Virus record (IMG/VR): IMGVR_UViG_3300025769_000149
Location: 1-54,765 of that record
DNA: 54,765 nucleotides
Direction: 5' to 3' (one strand)
Source of the DNA: a virus
Taxonomy: Duplodnaviria; Caudoviricetes
Positions within the stretch are counted from its first letter, which is position 1. The number at the start of each line of letters is the position of its first letter. The notes beneath the pieces are model-generated. The model was not told the DNA's origin and ran no database searches. It saw only the letters and a list, made by a program, of their open reading frames with translations. Position numbers and translations under genes: made by a program. Below are positions 47,940 through 54,765 of the stretch, one piece after another.

Positions 47940-48556
47940 TGGCACTATCATCAGCAAAACACGAAAGTTTTTATGTGACTTCAGGAGGAGGAGCAGACGA
48001 AGTATCTGCAAAAAACTTAACTAACGCAACGAATGGTTGGGCTGCAGAAAAAGCCGAGGGATGCACTAAATATATAAGTGATCCTATATTAGGTCCGTTA
48101 ATATATCAGCTTCAGCAAATGCAAGATGAGATTGATTATCTTAGAACAGAGATTAGTGCTAATAAAGATAAGACTGGTATAACTACAAGTCAAGCAAACG
48201 CTATTACAGCCAACACAGCTAAGACTTCTTTTCCAGGTTTAGGCACGTCTAGCACAACAGCATTAGCGGGTGATACTACAACTATATCAGGAGCTCAAGC
48301 TAGCGCTATCACGGCTAACACAGCTAAGACAAGCATGACTTTAGGAACTAGCGGATCTACGGCTTTAGCGGGTGATACTAAAATAGTTGGTTATGTAGGT
48401 AGTAGTGATACGAATATAACTATAGGTAACATGGCTTCTGCTACGGCGAAAGGGCAAACTACTTATACACTGCCTATAACAGTAACACAAAGTGGTACAG
48501 ATAAACTCGGAAACCCTACGACACTAACTAAAACAGCGACACTAACACTAACGTAA
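47939..48556 (+). CDS. fibre-like virion protein with internal duplication
   Basis: coiled coil plus two copies of QAxAITANTAKTS..LGTSxxTALAGDT. Confidence 0.65.
   Translation: MALSSAKHESFYVTSGGGADEVSAKNLTNATNGWAAEKAEGCTKYISDPILGPLIYQLQQMQDEIDYLRTEISANKDKTGITTSQANAITANTAKTSFPGLGTSSTTALAGDTTTISGAQASAITANTAKTSMTLGTSGSTALAGDTKIVGYVGSSDTNITIGNMASATAKGQTTYTLPITVTQSGTDKLGNPTTLTKTATLTLT
48191..48380 (+). repeat. imperfect ~85-nt coding direct repeat
   Basis: 48191-48278 vs 48296-48380 share aacacagctaagac and ttagcgggtgatacta. Confidence 0.8.
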
Positions 48557-48557
48557 A

Positions 48558-48881
48558 ATGGCATTAACAAATCCGTATACAGGTATTTATGATATAGACA
48601 GCGTCTCAAGCGGTGTCACAATGATTAATAAGTTTTCAAATAAAGGTAACTTAAACTCCATTAGTATATGTAATCAACACGCGTCAACTACCGCTGTTGT
48701 TACGTTGTATCTTGACGATGGTCTTGGCAACGATAATTCTGATGTCCACATAATTAACGCTGTGTCGATACCAGCTGGAACAACATTGGTGCTTGACGGT
48801 AACGTTAACTTTAACAACGACACGTACGATTTAAAAATAACTAATACAGGTGGTGTACCGCTTTCTATAATAACAAGGTAA
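48558..48881 (+). CDS. small beta-rich virion protein
   Basis: SISICNQH...VSIPAGTTLVLD. Confidence 0.65.
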   Translation: MALTNPYTGIYDIDSVSSGVTMINKFSNKGNLNSISICNQHASTTAVVTLYLDDGLGNDNSDVHIINAVSIPAGTTLVLDGNVNFNNDTYDLKITNTGGVPLSIITR

Positions 48882-49342
48882 TGGAAAACATAAGTAAACA
48901 CATAAGCTATAAAGAAGCTACTCGTAGCAACACGGCTCTGCGTAGGGGTATAGAAAATATACCAGACGTAGAAGAGTTAGAGAACATGAAAGTTATAGCT
49001 GAAAAAGTATTTGAACCGCTAAGGAAATGGGTTGGAGGTCCGATTAAAATAAATAGTTTCTATAGATCGCCTGAGTTAAACGTGGCGATTGGAGGTAGTA
49101 AAAAATCCCAGCACTGCCACGGTCAAGCAATGGATATCGATGATACATATGGGCATAGAAGTAACGCTTCAATGTTTCACCACGTAAGATACAACATGGA
49201 TTATGATCAGATTATTTGGGAATTTGGTGATGATAAAAACCCAGCGTGGATTCATATAAGCTATGTATCAGAAGAAGAAAATAGACACAGGTGTCTTAAA
49301 GCTGTAAAGAAAAACGGTAAGACACATTACGAATTAATGTAA
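48881..49342 (+). CDS. endolysin, peptidase M15 family
   Basis: INSFYRS..LN..IGG...SQHCHGQAMDID...WIHISY Zn-ligand pattern. Confidence 0.85.
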   Translation: MENISKHISYKEATRSNTALRRGIENIPDVEELENMKVIAEKVFEPLRKWVGGPIKINSFYRSPELNVAIGGSKKSQHCHGQAMDIDDTYGHRSNASMFHHVRYNMDYDQIIWEFGDDKNPAWIHISYVSEEENRHRCLKAVKKNGKTHYELM

Positions 49343-49349
49343 AGAAATA

Positions 49350-49796
49350 ATGGCAGATTTAAAAGTAACAATTACCGAAGATATATCCTTAAACAATAAG
49401 TCTAGAGGATCGACAAACAGTTTAACTATTACAGGGATTAACCACACTGTGGATAGAATAGTAACATGCCCAGCGAGTCAAACAACTACTATAGCCACGT
49501 TCAACGCTAATGTGTACGGCGCGGCTAACGCTGTTGACTTAGAGGATACAAAGTATATTCGAATCACTAACTTAGATAGTTCTAACGCTATTGAGTTAGC
49601 TGTGGTTGGAGCCGCTACGTTGTATCAAGTCAGTGTAGCCGCTGGTCACTCACATATATTAGGACCTCCAGATGATTGTATGTTAGCAGAGGCAGATACA
49701 TCACCTTCGTTTGGAACTATGGCTGACTTAGCGAGCATACAGGTTAACCCGGGAAGCAACGCTGTTAAAGTTGAAATGTTTATAGCAGGCGCGTAA
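49350..49796 (+). CDS. small beta-rich virion protein
   Basis: KYIRITNLDSSN; last gene of the + strand arm. Confidence 0.65.
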   Translation: MADLKVTITEDISLNNKSRGSTNSLTITGINHTVDRIVTCPASQTTTIATFNANVYGAANAVDLEDTKYIRITNLDSSNAIELAVVGAATLYQVSVAAGHSHILGPPDDCMLAEADTSPSFGTMADLASIQVNPGSNAVKVEMFIAGA

Positions 49797-49809
49797 GTAC
49801 TGCTACAAT

Positions 49810-49843
49810 AAAAAAAAGGGGAGCCTTTCGGTTCCCCTTTTTT
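49810..49843. terminator. bidirectional intrinsic terminator between the convergent arms
   Basis: A8-GGGGAGCC-tttc-GGTTCCCC-T6. Confidence 0.9.
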
Positions 49844-49860
49844 GTATCCGGTGGTTTAGG

Positions 49861-51726
49861 TTATGTAACCTCACACGATCCACCTGAGCAAGCTAGCTCA
49901 CCAGAAAGATCTGTATTATCCTCGGTCTCCATTACATTTGATAAGTCAACAGTATCTAGTGACTTAACCATTTCATTAAATTTAGTTTTAGTAATGTCCT
50001 CAAATGGAGCTTGAGTATATGTACCACCGTTGTATGGTAGAACAGATAAACCGTTATAGTATTCTCTGTTCTTCCACATCCACTCACCAGCCTCATCCCA
50101 CTCGTTAGCTTTTAAACTAATTGTGGCAGAAACATTGTGGGTGTTTGAACCAGCCCTATGACCAGGCGATACCCAGTCGGTTGATACTTTCTTTACTCTC
50201 TCAAGTAAATCAAACGCAGACTCAGTTCTTACAATACAACCATCAGGTGCCGCTTGCGGTACACTGATCACAGCTGTATCATGAGGTCTGAAGTATTCGT
50301 CTTCAATCAACTCAGGGTGGTTCTTAACTAGATAAGAATAAATAGCTTCGTTCTTGCCAACTCGTAGTCTACGCACGTAGTGCTTGTTGTGCCAAGCGTG
50401 TATACCAGATGATGTACCTAGTACTAGCGATGTGGTGCCTGCTGGTTTAACACACGTTGTACGCGCTGCCTTGTTGATACCAATAAGCTTAGCAACTCTA
50501 GTGTTTTCACGCTTAACTATATCAGCAGCTTTTTTCATATCAAGATTCATAACCTTGTTAGAGCCGATGCCTGTCATTGATACACCAATCAAAGCGTCTT
50601 TCTCAGTTGTATCTTTCCACACCTCACGTAGATAGTGGAAGTCTGTGTAACCTGCTTGTAGCGTACCTATGAAGGCAGCAACTTTAACTCTGGCATTTAA
50701 ATCATCTTGATCAACTATATCTGATACGTTAACCTCACATAGGTTACAGAACTGATAAGGACGAAGAGCAATCTCGCAACACGGGTTTGTTCCCCAGTCC
50801 TTATCATTGTTTAGATATATACCAGGCTCGCCAGCTCCTGATGCTTCAACTCTTTTCCACAGATCCATAAAGAAGTTCTTCTTAACTTTATGTCTCATCA
50901 ACACAGCGGAGTTATTAGCTCTACCACGTTGCGGGTTAAGTTCCCACCAGTTACCTGACTTACATGATATCATTTCTTCATCTGTAGCACTAAATAAAGA
51001 TATAAGTGCTGCACGCCTAATACCACCAGCAAGCACAGCGTCTGCAATATGGCAAATAATGTCATGAACTTCGAGGCTAGTGAGTTGCGTTCCATCTTCT
51101 TTGTTATCTAATATACCTTGAACTTTAACTAAGCATTCTTTGAGTGGCTGTGGGCCAGGAGCTTTACCTCCTGACGTCACTAGCCTTGCGCCTTTAGGTC
51201 TAATGTCTGAGTAATCAAATTTTACTTTAGAACATCTGCGACCACCAAGGTACGATTCAATAAGCACTTTAACGGCATCTGCCCAACCTTCAATGCTATC
51301 ACCAATTACAAAACGCCTGTGTCGCTTTTCAAACGGTTTAATGATGTGTGGTAGTCTTCCAACGTGGTGCTGCTGCACTGAATAACCCACCCCACAGCCT
51401 GAAAGAAGTAAGAACATAGTCTCGCTAAAGCTATCAATGTGGTCAATAGGTAGGTAACTACAGTTATACAACCTGTTCGGAGATATTTCAATGGGCTTGC
51501 CACTAAACTGGAGTGAACGCATTGACGGTAAAACTTTTTTATCATATACATATTTATAAGCTTCGTTTATTTGATCTACTAGTTCAGGATATTTCTTAAC
51601 GTGCATCTCTAAGTTACGCGTAACTAACTCCTCCCATGTCTCTCTTCTGTTAAGCTCAGGTATATACTTCGCATACTTCATATGCACTGTAATATCTGAT
51701 AAAATATCTCTGCTAATCTGACTCAT
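49861..51726 (-). CDS. nrdJ: class II (adenosylcobalamin-dependent) ribonucleotide reductase
   Basis: LPSMRSLQF, TNPCCEI, KPAGTTS, C-terminal ACSGGSCEV; no beta subunit adjacent. Confidence 0.92.
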   Translation of the reverse strand: MSQISRDILSDITVHMKYAKYIPELNRRETWEELVTRNLEMHVKKYPELVDQINEAYKYVYDKKVLPSMRSLQFSGKPIEISPNRLYNCSYLPIDHIDSFSETMFLLLSGCGVGYSVQQHHVGRLPHIIKPFEKRHRRFVIGDSIEGWADAVKVLIESYLGGRRCSKVKFDYSDIRPKGARLVTSGGKAPGPQPLKECLVKVQGILDNKEDGTQLTSLEVHDIICHIADAVLAGGIRRAALISLFSATDEEMISCKSGNWWELNPQRGRANNSAVLMRHKVKKNFFMDLWKRVEASGAGEPGIYLNNDKDWGTNPCCEIALRPYQFCNLCEVNVSDIVDQDDLNARVKVAAFIGTLQAGYTDFHYLREVWKDTTEKDALIGVSMTGIGSNKVMNLDMKKAADIVKRENTRVAKLIGINKAARTTCVKPAGTTSLVLGTSSGIHAWHNKHYVRRLRVGKNEAIYSYLVKNHPELIEDEYFRPHDTAVISVPQAAPDGCIVRTESAFDLLERVKKVSTDWVSPGHRAGSNTHNVSATISLKANEWDEAGEWMWKNREYYNGLSVLPYNGGTYTQAPFEDITKTKFNEMVKSLDTVDLSNVMETEDNTDLSGELACSGGSCEVT

Positions 51727-51862
51727 TAATTCCTTTTAAAACTGTTAAACATATATCTATAAACGGTAGGTATAACACGTGGTTATTCCTATCCTCTTGT
51801 TCGTAAGACCTAAATCCTACTATTATACCTGGGTAAAACCCAATACTTAATTCCCAATTCAT
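51713..51862 (-). CDS. small hypothetical protein (49 aa, absent from the ORF track)
   Basis: MNWELSIGFYPGIIVGFRSYEQEDRNNHVLYLPFIDICLTVLKGINESD; fills the gap with overlaps. Confidence 0.6.
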   Translation of the reverse strand: MNWELSIGFYPGIIVGFRSYEQEDRNNHVLYLPFIDICLTVLKGINESD

Positions 51863-52317
51863 TGTTTGCTTTTTATTAGTTCTACAACTTTATCGCATTC
51901 CTTCTGATTCTGGGGTTTATATAAAGTCACAGGCATATTGTGTTTATTAATGTATTTCTTAAACATTTTCCAACGCATAGGAAAACTTTCATTTGCCCTG
52001 CCCTTTGTTTCAATTATAAAACCCTCACCGATGAAATCAGGAGTGTATTTGATAGGTAATATTTTCTTTTCTCCGCGATTTACCATATCGCCTTTACCGT
52101 TGCTCTGGCGTTCGTAACATTGTATCTCACACATAAATCCTTCTTGAAGAACAAATGTCTCCGGCTCGTACTCGGCTTTGATCTTAGCTTTCTTTAGTGC
52201 TTGATACATATAACGCTCAAGACCCGAGGCGAAGGTTATACCGTCATAGGTAACCTTCTTTGACCTTACTGGACCTCGTTTCCTGCTTTTCGTTTTATGA
52301 GTTTTTGAACGGCCCAA
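51859..52317 (-). CDS. PD-(D/E)xK endonuclease, T7 endonuclease I-like
   Basis: FASGLE, YTPDF, IIETKG. Confidence 0.8.
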   Translation of the reverse strand: MGRSKTHKTKSRKRGPVRSKKVTYDGITFASGLERYMYQALKKAKIKAEYEPETFVLQEGFMCEIQCYERQSNGKGDMVNRGEKKILPIKYTPDFIGEGFIIETKGRANESFPMRWKMFKKYINKHNMPVTLYKPQNQKECDKVVELIKSKQ

Positions 52318-52576
52318 CGATTTCGTCTATTAATTCACGAGCTGTTTGTATATATAGTATTGCATCCATAAGTTCCTCTTGAACATCGTTAAGATAACCG
52401 TCAAGATGTTTGTGTCCACCGCGCATTTCAGCATCTAATGTACGACCATACTTTTTAAAACCTTCATCAGATCGCTGCATAAACTTTTCACATACGCGTT
52501 GTACCACTGGATCGCGAAACGTCATAATTACTTTTTTATTAGACGACTTTGAGTTCATTATTTCTCTATCACTCAT
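52295..52576 (-). CDS. all-alpha NTP-pyrophosphatase-like small protein
   Basis: GFKKYGRTL...VQEELMDAILY (EExxD). Confidence 0.55.
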   Translation of the reverse strand: MSDREIMNSKSSNKKVIMTFRDPVVQRVCEKFMQRSDEGFKKYGRTLDAEMRGGHKHLDGYLNDVQEELMDAILYIQTARELIDEIVGPFKNS

Positions 52577-53391
52577 AACGTATCTTTTACAAATGTCCCG
52601 TTAATCATCTTACCCGTGCGCTTACTGATAACGTCGTATGCTTGATCAATACAAAGCTCAATCGACGTGTCACCTAATCTAGCTAAGTTTGTAAGCACAA
52701 CAACCATATCACCAATAGCGTCTATAAACTCAGCTTCATCTTGCTTTAATATAGCTCTGCCAAGCTCACCAGCTTCTTCCATGAGTTTTAAGTATTGAGT
52801 TTTAGTATCACCTTTGTCATACAAACCTCGTTCATCTGCCCACGTTCTGATTAAATCAAAACGACTATGAAGATGCTCACGTTTATGGCCACTCATGTTT
52901 AACGCGCCCGTAGTTGTTCTACAGCATTCGTTGTTATCAAAGTACCTAGCAAACGCCTTATTATATACGTAGCACCTATCGTTATTATACATAGATGTTT
53001 TTACGTTTTCCATAATCCACCTAATAGAGTCAGGGTCAATACAGCACCTACCGTGATCTGTCTCCCAACTCATACCGATCTCATCCATAAGCCTACCTTT
53101 AAGCTTATTTACTGGGCATGGAAATGTAGTTGTTTGTTCTGTTATGTTTATATTCATTGAATTTAATTCTTGTTTTATAGGGTTTAAATCTTTATACAGT
53201 TTACGATCTACTTTGTAGCCATATTCTTTTTGTAGCTCTATCTCCTTGTGAGATATATAACAAATGTCGTCGGACATGTCTAGTATTTCATATTCATCTT
53301 CTGTATAACCTTGCTGACGTGTAACTCTTTCCTCCAGGTTATTTGTTACACCAATCTTTTTACCTGGTATGTGGTATATACAATATGTCAT
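52573..53391 (-). CDS. mazG: MazG-like NTP pyrophosphohydrolase with a GIY-YIG-like N-terminal domain
   Basis: C-terminal KLMEEAGEL...DAIGDMVVVL; N-terminal YCIYHIPGKKIGVTNNLEERV. Confidence 0.75.
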   Translation of the reverse strand: MTYCIYHIPGKKIGVTNNLEERVTRQQGYTEDEYEILDMSDDICYISHKEIELQKEYGYKVDRKLYKDLNPIKQELNSMNINITEQTTTFPCPVNKLKGRLMDEIGMSWETDHGRCCIDPDSIRWIMENVKTSMYNNDRCYVYNKAFARYFDNNECCRTTTGALNMSGHKREHLHSRFDLIRTWADERGLYDKGDTKTQYLKLMEEAGELGRAILKQDEAEFIDAIGDMVVVLTNLARLGDTSIELCIDQAYDVISKRTGKMINGTFVKDTL

Positions 53392-53687
53392 TTTGCTTTA
53401 CTAATAGATATAACATCTACCGACTTCATGTTGACACTACAAACCTTATTGTTTTTTGTAGGAAACGTGTGGTGCATATGGCTACCGTCCTTAAAAAAAA
53501 CCGTAACGTCTCTAGTTTTTTCTACACCGTCAAGAAAGTGTAAGCAAACAGCATTATTACCCTCTGGTTTTACAAAGGTTTTTTCATCCGCTAGTGTTAT
53601 ACTGACGTGAGTAGTATCCTGCGCTAAACAACAGCTCACTGTAATCCAGAATAAAACAACGAATATGTATGTTAGTTTATTTTTCAT
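53388..53687 (-). CDS. exported hypothetical protein
   Basis: MKNK followed by hydrophobic signal LTYIFVVLFWITVSCCLA-Q. Confidence 0.65.
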   Translation of the reverse strand: MKNKLTYIFVVLFWITVSCCLAQDTTHVSITLADEKTFVKPEGNNAVCLHFLDGVEKTRDVTVFFKDGSHMHHTFPTKNNKVCSVNMKSVDVISISKAK

Positions 53688-54343
53688 AGTTTATTATTAT
53701 ATAAGTGTAAATTATGTGCGTAATGGTAATACTCACCTACGTCAATACCAAGCTCGTATGCTACAAGCATTTGTAAGTTAGCAAAACAATACTGATCGTT
53801 ACAGAAGCCAAACCATAAATCGTTTGATCGCATAACTACAGCCATGTTAAGCTTATTAGTTTTAGGCATTATCGTAAACTGTACAGCGTAAGTACATGGC
53901 GTATCGTTATCGTATGCGTGTATTTCCTTACCATCATATATCGATATAGCAGCTTGTCTAGTAGATTGTAGATGGTGCAACTCGTTAGATAACATGGTTA
54001 TAACTTTCTCAAGCTGATCGTTACGGTTCCATTGCCAGCCATAGTTAGAGTTAACGTTACCATCTTCATCGGCCATACGTTTCCATATTGGTGGTACTTT
54101 ACCATACAAATCACCTAGCTTATGTATACTGCGATCGCCCGATAAATACCACTGCCATTCAGCTTCGGCATATTCTCTGTTCCACTCACGCTCTTTGTTT
54201 AGTATAAATATATCACGCGGTTGTTCCATGGTAAAGCCTACATTGAATAAAGCTTTAGTATCACCAAACTCTATACCATTACATCTGATTTCGTTTAGGA
54301 AATAAGTAAAAGCAGAGTCCGCATTGTAAAATCTATTTTTCAT
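53684..54343 (-). CDS. thymidylate-synthase-family enzyme, probably a dCMP hydroxymethylase or methylase
   Basis: ATG 54343 (MKNRFYN); NYG, RQA, catalytic TPC, MRSNDLWFGFCND, HNLHLY. Confidence 0.8.
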   Translation of the reverse strand: MKNRFYNADSAFTYFLNEIRCNGIEFGDTKALFNVGFTMEQPRDIFILNKEREWNREYAEAEWQWYLSGDRSIHKLGDLYGKVPPIWKRMADEDGNVNSNYGWQWNRNDQLEKVITMLSNELHHLQSTRQAAISIYDGKEIHAYDNDTPCTYAVQFTIMPKTNKLNMAVVMRSNDLWFGFCNDQYCFANLQMLVAYELGIDVGEYYHYAHNLHLYNNKL

Positions 54344-54611
54344 ATTTATCGTAGTAGTATTTATAGTATTCGTAAACTTTAGCCATAACTTCTTCTCCTG
54401 TGTATGTGTTAGGATCAACGCTTGATTTGTTGTTGATTTTTATATCAATAGTCCAATCATCTTCTGAATCCCATATAGGAGAAAAACCAACGACTATACT
54501 GTTGTTCATACACCAAGCAACGTGCTTCATGTTATCATCAGTATAAGGTATTGATTCGGGTGCTCTACCTAAACCTTTTTTCTTTTTCTTTTTCTTATCG
54601 TTTATTCCCAT
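54333..54611 (-). CDS. hypothetical protein with poly-Lys N-terminus
   Basis: 92 aa overlapping both neighbours. Confidence 0.65.
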   Translation of the reverse strand: MGINDKKKKKKKGLGRAPESIPYTDDNMKHVAWCMNNSIVVGFSPIWDSEDDWTIDIKINNKSSVDPNTYTGEEVMAKVYEYYKYYYDKYEK

Positions 54612-54765
54612 GGCATAGCTTCTTGTTCAGCAACGTCCGCCATCATAGGTACAAAACTACCAGATCTAGGTTCCCACGTAAAATGAGCTTCAGCTCCGTT
54701 CTCACCTAGGTTTTGGAATTTAACCTTGAGTACCTTCGCTTTAACCGTTTTATTTTCGTAGTCAC
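54602..54765 (-). CDS. C-terminal fragment of a DnaB/Twinkle-like primase-helicase (truncated by window edge)
   Basis: hand translation ...DYENKTVKAKVLKVKFQNLGENGAEAHFTWEPRSG...MPWE*; KVKF..LG resembles SF4 motif H4. Confidence 0.6.
   Translation of the reverse strand, partial: DYENKTVKAKVLKVKFQNLGENGAEAHFTWEPRSGSFVPMMADVAEQEAMPWE

Noticed and set aside
204-54765. Stop-codon reassignment as in some crAss-like phages
   Set aside because: Standard code gives dense, intact genes; TAG and TGA both terminate genes at coupled junctions

Overview
The window is most of the genome of a lytic, podovirus-like tailed phage that very probably infects marine Bacteroidota (Flavobacteriia). Host evidence: a T9SS sorting domain, AT-rich starts without Shine-Dalgarno sites, and a crAss/Cellulophaga-phage-like head-tail layout. 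The + strand (204-49796) is a late/structural arm: small basic proteins, GroEL, GroES, a tandem GroES-like protein, holins, terminase, portal, scaffold, major capsid, tail proteins, ejection proteins including a 3314-aa giant, an envelope-targeted module, tail-fibre-like genes and an M15 endolysin. It converges at a bidirectional terminator (49810-49843) with a - strand nucleotide-metabolism/replication arm: class II RNR, endonuclease, MazG, a thymidylate-synthase-family enzyme and a truncated helicase. Top observations: (1) seven otherwise unrelated small proteins share an N-terminal MAFK(M/L) leader, one being an HExxH protease, suggesting a capsid-targeting or processing system; (2) the giant protein carries zincin, sigma-region-2-like, HAD and Zn-finger modules separated by repeated (K/R)FSRS linkers, suggesting a self-processing injected polyprotein; (3) a phage-encoded beta-barrel, thioredoxin-fold and T9SS-cargo surface module; (4) a bipartite promoter-like motif AGTAA-N14-GTGTRAY found three times; (5) a ThyA-family enzyme with the dCMP-specific Asp, predicting modified cytosine. 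All calls come from motif recognition by eye; no database searches were run.
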